Made by a program: the position numbers and the translations under genes. From Camelus dromedarius (Eukaryota), in NCBI RefSeq assembly GCF_036321535.1, contig NC_087437.1:21144001-21208000 (forward strand): a DNA stretch of 64,000 nt, given 5' to 3'. Below the pieces are notes generated by a model. The model had not been told where the DNA came from. It was given only the letters and a program-made list of their open reading frames with translations, and made no database searches. Below are positions 40,619-53,592 of the stretch, one piece after another (positions within the stretch are counted from its first letter, which is position 1; every line of letters starts with the position of its first letter).

Positions 40619-41456
40619 GTCTCAGCAGCTGCTGGGTGGAGGCTGAGATCCCAAAGAGGGAACTGGGCAGAGGACCGCAGTATCCCCTCCAGGTGGGGCA
40701 GAGCCAGGTAGTGGGAACAGCCAGTGCCAAGTGCCGGCTGCTCAGGGGAGATGAAAGGAAACCAGGGCATGGAAAGCACAAAGCAAGAGGAGGCGTGGTT
40801 CTAACGAAACTGGAGGGTGGCAGGGGCCAGGCCAAGCCTGGCGTGACAGGCCATGTTAGGGACTTTGGTTTTTTGTTTAAGAACACTGGGAAGCCTTTGA
40901 AAGCATTTAACCAAGGGGGCAACAAGCTTAGACTTCGGTTTTGAAACAAATCGCTCCATCTGAAGTGAGGACAGACGGGAGGGGATTCCTGTGGATTGTG
41001 GTCACTTGTAATCCAGGTGAGAGAGGACGGCAGCTCTGCCCACAGAGCAGGTGGTAGAGCCAGAGCACAGTGTTTGAACTGGGAAGGGATTTCAGAGTGA
41101 CTAGGCCTCAGTGATGGTTTGGACTTGGGGTAACGGAGAGAGGGTGTCAAGGATGATTTACTAGGTGAGGTCATGTCACAGGTACAGACTTGAGCCCTGA
41201 GTACAACTGGATACCAGGCAACCAAATGCCTGCCTTCATAAGCCCAGGACAGGGAAGTGACCGACAAGTAAAAGGGCAGTGACAATACGGTGGTCAGCTG
41301 TCCAAGTTGGGTGCATAGGAAGGGCGCCCAGCCCGACACGGGGCCAGGAAGGGCTTCCAAGAGGAAATGACAACCAAGTCGAGACTTACAAGGCAAACGG
41401 AGGTGAAACAGGTGAAGAGAAAGGAGAGTAGGTTTGGCAAAGTTGTCAGCACAGAG

Positions 41457-41668
41457 CAGTGGTCCTTACCTAAGAGCAGTTTGGCCCCCAGGGTGCTTTG
41501 ACAATGTCTGGAGACATTTTTGGTTGTCACGACTAAGGCTAGTTTACTACTACTGGCATCTAGTGGTTAGAGGCCAGGGATGCTGTGAACATCATATGCA
41601 CCGCACAGCCCCGCACCGTAAAGAAGGATCTACCATGTCCGTAGTGCTGCGTAGGGCCAAAAGCCCTG
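41457..41668 (+). mobile_element. MER20 MITE
   Basis: CAATGTCTGGAGACATTTTTGGTTGTCAC...GGCATCTAGTGG..AGAGGCCAGGGATGCTG. Confidence 0.85.
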
Positions 41669-41959
41669 GCTGAGGTAAAGGCCTGGAGCCAGCAGCCTGG
41701 GGCTTAGTCCCAGGACAGAGTGGCTCTGCAGCTGCCTAGAGTGTGCAGTCACAGGGAGTGAGGGGTGACAGTGGGTGCAACTGGAAAGTGTATCATATGT
41801 CAGGCCCCCGGGGGCTGGAGGAGTCAGACAAGGGCATTGCACTCAATGCCAAGGGTGTTGGGGAGCCATTGAAGGCTTCCAGGCAGGGAAGCGACAAAAT
41901 CAGCCTTGGAAGGATGATCAGGAAGAGGGAGCTGGGATGAAGGTAAAGAGGCGTGGGGT

Positions 41960-42286
41960 GCAATGTTCATAGCAGCACTATTTACAGTAGCCAAGGCATG
42001 GAAGTGCCCAGCAGACGACTGGCTTAAGAAGATGTGGTAAATATACAATGCAATATTACCCCTCTATAAACAAGAATGAAACGCTGCCATTTGCCATGAC
42101 ATGGATGGGCCTAGAGAATATTATACTTAGTGAAACAAGTCAGACAGAGAAAGGCAAATACTGTATGATACCACTTATAGAGGGAATGTAAAAAAATAAT
42201 AACAAATGAATGTATGCACAAAACAGAAACAGACTCACCAATATAGAAAACAAACCTGTAGTTACCAAAGGGGAGAGGGAAGAGGG
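41960..42286 (+). mobile_element. L1 3'UTR fragment truncated at both ends
   Basis: CAATGTTCATAGCAGCACTATTTACA...GTTACCAAAGGGGAGAGGG; no A-tail. Confidence 0.85.
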
Positions 42287-43699
42287 TCTGGCACTCTGCA
42301 TGGCTTGGTGAACAGAGCACGGGTTGGCCCTTGGTCCAGCCAGGAACTGGGCAGGCTGGCACATTGTTGAGTTGTGGCAGTGAGGAGAGAGAGCCAGGAG
42401 GCTTGCAGGGTATGGCAGAAGGGGGCTATCATGCAGGATGGTGCAGCCCGGGGAACAAACGGTTGCCGTATCATTTGATTTGATGTAGACATGTATTGGA
42501 AGTTCAGAGCATCCATTCAGATCAAATGCAGCTGATGAGATATGGTCCACAGGATCAACGAAATGGAAGGGTGGTGAGCGTGCCAATTTGGGTCTGCCAC
42601 TTACTATGGCTGCTGTGTACAGGTGTGCAGGCTGATGTGCCAGCACCTGGGGCACCTGGCCACAGGGACAGTGAGGACAGAGGACCAACCTGTGCTCCAC
42701 CCACCAAGCCATGCAGAGTGCCTTCTTCTCATTGGCCCAGATATGCCACTTTGGCTGGCCATTGCCCTGCACTTAACCCCAGGGAGGTCGTGCCTCTTCT
42801 CTGAGTCTGGTTAATACTGCTCACCTCTTGGGCTTGATGAAAAGATTAAGAAATGCCTAGATCAATACCTAGCAGAGGGTAAGCCGCTTGGTAGGTGCTC
42901 AAGGACTGATTGCTTTGATTATTCTGCAAGAAGCAGAGCACCAGACTCTGTCACGATCTCCACTGTTGCCCTGTTTCTGCCTCACCTGAAAGGCACCATC
43001 GCTGCTCAGGGGACCTTTGCTGCTGTGCTTTGTTCTCTGAGGGACACAAGGAGCCAGCAGGACCCCAAGGCTGCAGCCGAGTGGGCAGTGGGTGAGGGCC
43101 TCAGGCTGAGCTGGGCAGGCACACACCATTGTCCTGCTTCCTTACAGGCGCATGGAACTTCGTGTGTGATTTTATTCTGAGCATCATACAGGCACCACGG
43201 AAAATCGGCCTCAGTCTGCCTCTGGGCAGATTCGCAGAACACGAAACCACCAAAGAACACACTCTAGTAGAGGAATCATATCTGTTGATCTCTGATGATG
43301 TGACAGGCCCATCTTTCAACCTTAGAGCCTCCTGGAGTTTTCTTTTTGTGTAGCTGCCCTGCCTGAGACAACCGGAACCTGGCTTGGTGACCATCGTCAC
43401 TAACACCTATTGAGGGCCTGCTATGTGTCAGGCTTTGGAAGGGCACGCCGTGTGTCTTATTGCTTTAATCTTCATCACAGTCCTGTGAGGCTCAGAGAGG
43501 TTGAGTAACTGGCCTGGGGTGACCAGCTAATAATTGGTAGAGCTGGGATCTGTACCAGAGCAGACTGATGCCAGACTGTATAGCTGCAAAAAGAATTATA
43601 TATCTTTCTTTTGGATCCCCTGGAGGGGAGTGGGTGGGTGCTCTCTGGGTGTCAGAACCTAGAGATGTCAGTTCTCCCAGGGGTGTCAGGGAGAGCAGG

Positions 43700-44340
43700 A
43701 AGGCCCCATGGGGGAGGCTCCTGCTCCCTCCCAGGAAGTGGACCCAGGTGTGGGCGCGGAGCAAAAGTAGGCCCTGGCGGGGCGGGTGCTCTGGAGGCTG
43801 CAGCCCAGGGCTGAGCACACAGGGCGGAGCCTCAGAGCAAAGTCCCCTGGGGTCTCGGCTGCATTCCTCCGAGGTCTGCAAAGGCCACCGCTTAAAGGCG
43901 CAGAGGAGCAGCTGGGAACGAGAACAAAGCGGCCGGGCCCCCCTCGGAGGAAGGAAGGAGGGAGCCCCAGGAAACAGCTGATAGCGCTAAGCTCAGCTTG
44001 TTTTTTTCCTCTGCTCAACAGTTCTCCTGCCACGGCAAACAAAAGATGTACATTCTGATTCCCTCTTCTGTTTGGATTGTGCTCTCGAGTGGATCTGGTT
44101 TGTGATGAGCTGTGGGGAAGAGGCATCCGCAGGCGGTTTCTTGCTCCGCTGGCCAGTTTGCTGGGCCGCCGGGAAACGCAGAGAGCTTCCTTTACTGCGT
44201 CTTTCTCCCCACCCGGCCCAATAAATCCAGCCTTACCAAGGGCACCATGATACAGGCATTTCTTTTAATGATGGAATATAAAGTTGTCAACTTTTCAAGT
44301 TCACGGGGAGCTGGAGGTGACCTTGACCTTGAAGGACCAG
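43700..44340. promoter_or_regulatory. Intronic CpG-enriched candidate enhancer or alternative promoter
   Basis: Non-repetitive with many CpGs; GC boxes GGGGCGGG and GGGCGGAG, forkhead-like GCAAACAAA, CCAAT, DR0 motif. Confidence 0.5.
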
Positions 44341-46371
44341 CACAGACACTTGCATGCTTGCACCGGGAGGCAACCTTTTTTTTTATGGACCTGTGAAACT
44401 ATTAAGATGAGAACTGTGCCCTCTCAGCCCCACTGGAAGGCCACTCCCTGTTCTGATCACTGCGAGGTCACAGTGCACTCCTGCCCAGAGCCACCTTGGG
44501 ACTCCTCAGAGCGTAGACTCCGCCCAGCCTGGGCCCTGCCATTTAGCTCCCATGGGTCCCCCAGGGATGCGAGGGACAACAACTGCAGGGTCAGTGGAAG
44601 CCAGCATCCAACAGCAAGAGAGAGTCAGGGGGTGTCGGCACAGGTCCCCACAAGCTGGCTCTGATTTTGATCTCGGCTTAGGCTGTCAACCTTCCTCAAA
44701 GTCTGGACACCTGTAGGCGACAGGTGGCCCTGAAGGGACTAAGCAATCCATGTGTGATGACAGTGGGAGATGGACTTGCTGCCCACCCGGGGGGGGGGGG
44801 GCGGGGGGGGAGGAGTTCAGACATCATCTGGCTTCCTAAACCCTGTGAGGTCTGATGCTTGATGCCCTGAGTGCTGGATATCCTTTGTTTTGCCTAACCC
44901 TAACCAGGTGTTGGCTCCGTAGATCCATCAAAGGGCACTGTAGAAACCAAAGCTGCGGGGAGGGGGGCGGAGCAAAACAAAATGAAGCCAAAAAAACAAA
45001 AAGATAAACTTTACACAAAAACCTCCACTGAGTTCTGTTGCTGCTGACACTGAGTGATCCCCACAGCCCTGGCCACGGCTGTTCTGGTCCCCCGACTGAA
45101 GGAGATTGTTTTGATGCCACAGAGACCGATGTGCGGGGACCCTTTGTAACTGCAGGAGTTAAACTGAGCCGCGAGAGGTCAGCGTGGTTGGACCCTGCCC
45201 CATGCTGCTTGGCCTGGTCTCTCCTCCCACCCTGCTCGGAGGAGGCAGTTCACATGCAGAAGACAAATGGCATAAAGGGCAGGCAATTAATTTTTTCAGC
45301 TGGAGGCTGCGATGGAATTTGGGTGCTTAGACTCTGGCGTGCGCCTCTAATTCCATTCTTCTCATCTGTGAAATACCTCCACTCTTCAAGGAGGTGGTGC
45401 CCTTCAAAATTCCATCACTGACATTCTCTGTTTTTAGGACCAAGAGGTAAATTTAGTCCTGAAAATTATTTGGAATGAACTAAGGCTACCCTGGTTGCTG
45501 TCAGTGTTCTTCCCATTGCACGGAGAGGGCTATGGGACTGTAAAGACGGCTGGCCAATTCTTAGCTTATTTCCCCAGTGGGGAGAGCAAGGTGGTCCCAG
45601 GGCAGGGCTCAAGGTCTGGTCCCCACCAAGCAGCAACCTCGTGTCGTGTAGAGAAGTGCGGCCAGACTCGTGAGCAGGGATATGGGCAGAGAACGGAGAA
45701 CTTGTTAGGAAAAGAGGAAGAGAAGTAGCTTAAGCAAGAATGGACCACGATGAGGACTTAGTATTATTTGGCAGAAGGGAGAGAGGGAAGGAGGGCACTC
45801 CAAGGGGAGAACAGAAATCCTGAAGGGAATTTGGAGGGGTAAAAAAAAATCTACCTCACCTGTTTCCTCAGAGGCAGTGTCGTGTATTGGTTCACAGTGG
45901 AGGCTTGTGTGTGTGAATCTCGGGTGGGTATCCTTGGGCAAGATTTAACCTCTCTGTGGTTTAGTTTTCTAGTCTAAAAAATGGGGTATAAAACATCCTC
46001 TATCTCATAGGGTTATCATGAAGATTAAATGGGAAATTCATTTAAGCACTTGAGAAAATATTTAGCATGTAATAAGCACTCAATAAGCATTGTCCACTAT
46101 TATTGCCAATTTTTCTCCCAGCGTGTGTCTCACAATCCTTTGTTCAGGACTGACATATGCTCTCCACTTTTACCCCACACCTTCTACTGAGCGACTGATG
46201 TTTATCCAGTGCTCTGATTAGCGATGTTAATCCTTAAAGTCACTCGCCTCTGAAATCTGCTCTTTGGAAGCTTGCCACACAAGGAGCAAGCTCACAGTAA
46301 TTGTTGCTGAGTAGAATTTACCTATCACCACCGTCAGACATGCAGTGGGATGTTGTTTATAGTCTTTCCTT

Positions 46372-46471
46372 ATAATTTTTAGTTTTTGTTTTAGTGGAGA
46401 TATTGGGGATTGAGCCCAGGACCGTGTACATGCTAAGCATGCGCTCTACCACTGAGCTGTACCCTCCCCCA
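46372..46471 (-). mobile_element. Vic-1-like SINE
   Basis: ATGCTAAGCATGCGCTCTACCACTGAGCTGTACCCTCCCC; TSD TAT(A/G)GTCTTTC. Confidence 0.9.
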
Positions 46472-46839
46472 CTATGGTCTTTCTTCATGCCTCTCTCACC
46501 CCAGCTCAGGAGACTGAACCAGAGAGAAGCCTACCCTAGGAACAGACAGCCCAACTCAGAGCTGTGGAGAGTGACCGACTACGTACAGGGAGACCCTCAG
46601 CCCCTTCCCCGCCTCAGTTCCCAGGGTGAGGGCAAGCAGGCTGACACCCTCAGGTGGGGTGTTGGATGATCTCCCTCTGGGGAAACTGAGCAGCCTGAAA
46701 AAAAACGCCTGCAGATACTCACAGGTGGGATCGCAGTGAAGTGGCTTGGCATAATCACCCTGCAGTGATGCCCATCAGTTGACAAGATTCTTGTCAGATT
46801 TTGGTGTTGCCCTCTTAAATATAAACAGAGTCAAAGATC

Positions 46840-49210
46840 ATTTGTCATTTGAAAAAATCCTCCAAAATGAAAGATGGTGCCCAAACAAACAGAAGAAAGA
46901 AACTTGTAGAAAACAGGAACAATGTGGGGATAGAAAATAATATTTTTTAAAACCTACAATTAGTATCTTTTGAGATTTAAGGGAAGATATTGCGTCCATG
47001 AAAGAAGAACAGATGCTGGGAAACAAAGAATATTCTGAAAAGAACAAGGACATTTGGAAAGAAAAAAATATACAAATATGTTTACAGAACAACATGGATA
47101 AATCTCAAAAACATAATGTTTTTAAAAAAAAGAAGTCAGACACAAAAGAGTATCTACCATACAATTCCATTTACATGAAATTCTAGAACAAACAAAGCTA
47201 ATCTATGGTGACAGAAGTGAGAAAGTGGGTTGCCTGGGAAGAGGGGAGGAGGATGGACTAGAAGGGACACAAAGAAACTTTCTGGGTAGATGGAAATGTT
47301 CTTTAACTTGTTTGGGTTGTATTTACATGGGTGTATTCAGTTATCAAAACTCACTGATAATTTTGTACTCAATTTGTATTCAATTATCAAAATTTACTGA
47401 TACTGAGTATATAAGATCTGTGCACATTATTCTCTGCTAATAATACATTAATAAAACATACTTGCAGAAATAAAAACGTTCAGTATCACCTCATACCAGT
47501 CAGAATGGCCATCATTAAAAAGTCTACAATTAATAAAGGCTGGAGTTTGGTGCAGCCATTATGGAAAATAGTATGGAGATTCCTCAAAAAACTAAAAATA
47601 GACTTACCATATGATCCAGCAACCCCATTCCTGGGCATATATCCAGAGGGAACTCTAATTCAAAAAATATATGCACTCCAGTGTTCACAGCAGCACTATT
47701 TACAGTAGCCAAGACATGGAAGCAGCCTAAATGTTCATCAACAGATGACTGGATAAAGAAATTGTGGTGTATATATATATGATGGAATACCACTCAGCCA
47801 TAAAAAAGAATAAAATAATGCCATTTGCAGCAACATGGATGGACCTAAAGATCATCATTCTAAGTGAAGTAAGCCAGAAAGAGAAAGAAAAATACCATAT
47901 GATATCACTCATATGTGGAATCTAAAAGGAGAAAAAAAGAGGACACTAATGAATTCATCTACAAAACAGGAACAGATCACAGACATAGTAAACACTCTTA
48001 TGGTCATCAAGGGAAAGGGGGTGGGAAGGGATACATTTGGGAGTTTGAGATGCAAATGTTAGCCACTATGTATAAAACAGATTAAAAAAAAATTCCTTCT
48101 GTACAGCACAGGGAACTATATTCAATATCTTGTAATAACCTATAATGGAAAAGAATCTGAAAAAGTGTATGTGTGTATATATATATATATACACATAAAC
48201 ACACACACACATACATACTTACATACATACATATATATAATATATACACACACACATATGTATATGTATAACTGAATCACTTTGCTGTACTCCTGAAGCT
48301 AACACAACATTGTAAATCAACTATACTTCAATAAAAAAAATTCAGTAGAAGCTTCTAGATCTAGCTATCAGTTTACAGGTAATATGGAGAACAGAGGAAC
48401 ATGTTAAATGACACCACGGGAATGCAGTCAGCAAAATCTGACTGTGGGAAACTACAGTTTAACTAGTTTTCTCCAGCAAAAACTTGCAAGGGAGAGATAA
48501 AGGAGAAACTTATATATCCACAGAGATTTAAGAGAGATATCAACAATCTCATTGCATGAACCTTATTTAGATCTAAATTTAAACAAATTCTTTAGAGAAC
48601 AAGTTCCTAGGGCAATTGGAGAGGGTAAACATGTCCAGATATTTGATAATAAAGAATGATTGTTATTTTTAAAGTGAGATAATGGTGTTTGTAGTGCTTT
48701 GGGTTTGTTTTTTAAATGACCTTATCTTTTAGAGGTTCATAGTGAAATAAAAATGATATCTAGGATAGACTGGAGCTTTGGGAGTGAGTAGAGACACACG
48801 AAATAAGATAGATAATTGCTGAAGCTGGATGTAGAGTACACTGGGCTTATTATTCTAGTGTCTTTTCTTTTGTGTATGTCTGAAATTTCCCAATAAAGCA
48901 CTTAAAAAAATGGAAGAATTAGAAGAAAAATTGAGGAAGTCTCACAGAAAAAAAAAAGAAAAGAAAAAAGACAAAAGAGATGAAAATAGGAGCAAAAGAT
49001 AAGAAATACAAAGGATAAATTCAGGATTTCAAAAAAGAGAGAGAGAGAGAGAGAAGAAAGAAAATGGAAGGGAGAAAATGATCAAAGAAATAATTTGAGA
49101 AAATTCCCCAGTACTGACAGCCATTAGTTTCTGGATTGAGAGACCAGCCAGTTGCCAGCACTGTGGATGAAAAGTGCCCCACACCAAAGCCCGTCACTGA
49201 GAAATTTCAC
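46840..49210 (+). mobile_element. Nested L1 cluster: ancient L1M/HAL1-like host with a younger L1 at ~47485-48340
   Basis: Younger L1 from TCACCTCATACCAGTCAGAATGGCC to the AATAAA tail, flanked by a TTCAGTA repeat; older L1M motifs on both sides. Confidence 0.75.
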
Positions 49211-49554
49211 CAAGTTGGTGCACTGGGCCATAAACCGCACACCCATTCTTACAGTCCCTCGACTGCCTCCTTTTCTCTCTCTCAAGCAGCACGGTGTTGG
49301 CACAGCTTCTAGGCTAAGGTGCTCCTCCACCTCTACAACTGGATGAAATGCCACACTGTGGGGTGTGGGACCCGGCTTCCAGGGCACGTGCTAAGGCTCT
49401 GGATGACATACCTGGAAATATAGACAAGCTAGCCTTGGGGTAACCCTACTTTTTTTTCTTGCTTTAACAATTCTATTCTTTATTGTTTTTAATAATATAT
49501 AATTTCAAAATATGATTAAACATTTACATGTCAGAGAATTCAAAGGGACATTTC

Positions 49555-49887
49555 TTTTTTTTATTGAAGTACAGTTGATGTACAATATTATATAAGTTAC
49601 AGGTGTACAATACAGTGATTCATAATTTTTAAAGGTTATTCTCCATTTATAGTTACTATGAAATATTGGCTATATTCCCTGTGCTGTACAATGTATCCTT
49701 GTAGCTTATTTATTTTATACATAGTAGTTTGTACCTCTTAATTTCCTGCCCCATATTGCCCTTCCCCCTTCCCTCTCCCCACTGGTAACCATGAGTTTGT
49801 TCTCTATATGTGAGTCTGCTGCTTTTTTGTTATATTCGCTGGTTTGTTGTATTTTTTAGGTTCTGCATGTAAGTGATATCACACAGG
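49555..49887 (-). mobile_element. L1 3' end
   Basis: TTATTGAAGTACAGTTGA...TATATTCCCTGTGCTGTACA...GGTAACC. Confidence 0.85.
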
Positions 49888-50164
49888 GTAACTACTGACT
49901 GATGGAAATGGGAGATGGGAGGGAGGGGGAGATAGCATCTCCCCCCCTTCTCTCCCTGTGGTTCCTCCTTGTGACCCTTCCAGAAGAGTCCCATGTGCCT
50001 GGTGAACTAGCAGCCAGTCTTGCAACATCTAGCCTTACATCCCCATCCCTCATTCATTTTATCCCTGTACATTCTATCATGAAAACTTCCAAACATACAG
50101 CAGTTGCAAGAATTCACAGCAAGAGCCCCTGTACACCCATTAGCTAGAGTTTACCACTGACATT

Positions 50165-50790
50165 TTAATCAGCTTTATTGAGATATAATTTAAATACCAT
50201 AAAATTGACCCACTTAAGGTGTGCAATTCAATGGCTTTTAATATATTCCCAGAGATATGCAAACATTATCACAATTTTAGAATATTTTCTTCATCTCCAA
50301 AAGAAACCTCCTACCTTGTAGCAGCTACTCCCATTCCCCTTCTCCCAACCCTAAACAACCACTAATCTACTTTCTGGCTCTATGAAATCGCCTTATTTAT
50401 TTATTTAAATTTTTTTTTTTACTTTGGTGGTGGTATTATTATTTTTTGTTTTGTTACCTTTTGTTTGAGGGTGGAGGGGGGTGGGTAATTAGGTTTATTT
50501 ATCTATTTGTTTAATGGAGGTCCTGGGGATTGAACCCAGGACCTCATGCAAGCTAGGCATGTACTCTAATACTGAGCTATACCCTCCCCCCCATTTAAAA
50601 GAAATCTATTTATTTTTTATTGAAGTATAGTCATTTTATGAACCACCTATTTTAGACATTGCCTATCAGTGGAATCATGCAGTAAGTGGTCTTGGGTGGC
50701 TGGCTTCTTTCTCTTAGCATAATGTTTTCAGGGTTCATCAATGTATCAATACTTCATTCCTTTTTGTAGCTGAACAGTATTCCACTGTAC
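50165..50790 (-). mobile_element. Old L1M 3' end containing a minus-strand Vic-1-like SINE (~50395-50592)
   Basis: CAGCTTTATTGAGATATAATT; SINE GGGGATTGAACCCAGGACCTC...GAGCTATACCCTCCCC. Confidence 0.85.
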
Positions 50791-51313
50791 ATTATTAACA
50801 TTTGTTAAACTTGCTTTATCGTGTGTCTATTCACCTATCCCTCCTTCTATTGATCCATGAATCCATCCTATAACTTTTATGTATTTCCCTTTTTCTTTTT
50901 AAGCATACCTCCCTTTTCCCCAACCTTCTGTGCGTTGCACACTTCTTAAGTAAAGCTCATACACGTGACCACCCTAGGTGCAAAGGAGGCAGAGAGATGG
51001 AGTACTTAGCCTCCTGGCTCTACAGGAGAAGAACAAAGAGAAAAGGGAGCCTGGGGACAGGCTTTTGCTGTCTTGGTAGATGGCGTTTCTCACTCTCATC
51101 CACATCTCCCCCTCCAGTCTCCCCTCCCAGTCACCCCTCCCACCACTGCATCCTACAGATCTTATATTCCAGAAAGGCCGAATTTCTTAAAGTTCCCTGA
51201 GCACCCCACATTTTTCCAGACTCCATTCTTGTACCTGCCCCTAACCTGGCCGGCCTTCTCTGTGTTCTTCCCTTGTAATTCAGCTCTGCGGTTGCCCTTC
51301 AGTGACATATCCT

Positions 51314-51315
<2 letters not shown>

Positions 51316-51349
<34 letters not shown>
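51316..51349 (+). repeat. (AC)n microsatellite
   Basis: Read directly from the sequence. Confidence 0.95.
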
Positions 51350-51353
<4 letters not shown>

Positions 51354-53317
51354 GCCTCCCTGTGTTTGTTTTACACTCCCATTATGGCATTGACCCTCCT
51401 ATATTGAATTAACCTTTTGACCTGTCTCCACCAGCTTGTAAATCCTCAAGGGCAGGGGCCAGGTCTTATATGTCTTGGAATCCCTGGAAATCACTGCAGA
51501 ACATGGCTCAACAAATATTTGTTGGATGGTGAATGGAAAACATTTCGTTACCATCTTTACTGTTGTTTACATAACAAAAGTCTTGTTGGGCAACAGGGGA
51601 GGCCCAGAGGTAAATACCTGGTTTGGATACAAAGATGAGTAAGACTAGATCCTGGGCCTCAGAGGAGCCTACAGCACCCTTTTGTCTGGGCAGATGCAAC
51701 ACTGGACGAGATGCCAGGACAACAGATGTAAACTGGGGCTGTCCCAGGCAAACCGGAACATATGGTCACCCAAATTACATACCCACTTCTATGAAAACAG
51801 CAGTGCCACGCTGACTCATGCCCAGCCTGTCAGATCTTGGTCACTTCCAGAATTTCCTTGCATAAGCCAATTACTCCTCATTAGTGCTTGGGTCATTTGT
51901 GTTTTTCATTGTTGTTACCCATGTAAAATTTATCCATATAATCTAATATTCCTAAGGTATTGTGTACATTTGGAGATATGTGCTCCCAAGTTAAGTGACC
52001 TGGTTAAAACACAGGGACCGTTGATGCATCTCTCTCTATTGCTCTGTGTCTTCCTGCACTCCTAAAAATCTGAGTCAAATTACAGAGCGTATTTTTTTCT
52101 CACAACTTTGCCAATAATTTGTATTCTCCTTTTTATGTACTCCTAGAAGCTTCTTGTCATTTTAGAGTGTTGCTTGCATTTTTTAATGCTGCAGAGGTTA
52201 TACGTTATACTTTAACCAAATGCAATTTAGTTTTTGTGAAAACATATTATAATGGAAATACATACTTTATAATTACAAGGTACGTTGTGGGTGTTCATTC
52301 AATATTTGTTGAATGAATGGATGTAACAAAATCACACTCAGTTACAAAGAGACAAATGCCGCATGATTCCATTTGCATGAGGAACCTAGAATAGTCAAAT
52401 TCATAGACAGGAAGTAGAATGGTGGTTGCCAAGGCCTGGGGAACCCAGGCAATGGGGGGTTGTTTAATGGGTGCAGAGTTCCAGTTATGAAAGATGAATG
52501 AAAAAAGTTCTGGAGATTCACTGCACAATGTGAATGTACTTAATATTCTTGAACTGTACACTTAAAAATGGTAAGATGTTAAACTGTAAGTTATGCATAC
52601 TTTACCAAAAATATATGTTGTATTAATATATAATTATATATTATATATAAATTAATATATGTATATTACCCCAATGGTCATTTGGTATATATTGTCAGTA
52701 TAAGTGTACCTACAATATATAGTCATGCATGTTAAATGAAGTTAAATGTGTGAAACTTTCTGGATTAAAATGACAGTATTAATTTTTCAATGCAGAGACA
52801 AACAGGCAAAAATGTGTCATAACAATGTCATTACGTAGCACATAGAGTAAGAAGCATCATAGACTGGATAATATTATGTGAACATCCAGGAATAAAGTGC
52901 TCAACCTTAAAAAAAATCAGGCATCTAATTTTATATTTTCTGTGAGTAAAAAGCAGAGGCAGAGCTTAGGGGAGCTTAGAGACAACCATTTTTCACCTGA
53001 GAGATGAGGTGAGGAGACTGGGAGAGTCCAGGTGATTTTCCCACTGCAGGAACAGCCTCATCTGTCTCTTTCAGAGGGCACTCCAGCCAGATCCTCGTGT
53101 CTTATTGGCCAGAACGGATTCCAGGGCCCTGACTGCACCAGAGGCTGCTGGAAAAGCAGGGAATACAATAGGTTAGACACGTGGCCTCTCCCAATAAATG
53201 AGGGCTCCCTCAGCAAGGAGAGGAAAGGAGAAGGGGGGTTGGGTAGGCAATCAGCAGCGTCTGTTACGCTCACATTCGTGTTTTTGTTTTGTTTTGTTTT
53301 TGTTTGGGGCTTTACAG

Positions 53318-53592
53318 GCTGGAACCAATGGTTATATGGCTCCGGAAATCCTAATGGAAAAAGCGAGTTATTCCTATCCTGTGGACTGGTTTGCAATGGG
53401 ATGCAGTATTTATGAAATGGTTGCTGGACGAACACCATTCAGAGATTACAAGGAAAAAGTCAGTAAAGAGGATTTAAAGCAAAGAACACTGAAAGAGGAA
53501 GTCAGATTCCAACACGATAACTTCACAGAGGAAGTGAAAGATATTTGCAGACTCTTCTTGGCTAAGACACCAGAGCAACGCTTAGGAAGCAG
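53318..53592 (+). CDS. GRK7: GRK7 coding exon 3
   Basis: tttacag|GCT; encodes AGTNGYMAPE...DWFAMGCSIYEMVAGRTPF...PEQRLGS; donor AG|gtaaac; 275 nt. Confidence 0.97.

Noticed and set aside
40500..41396. 298-aa minus-strand ORF
   Set aside because: Lies over MER45 and L2-like relics; no recognisable protein motifs
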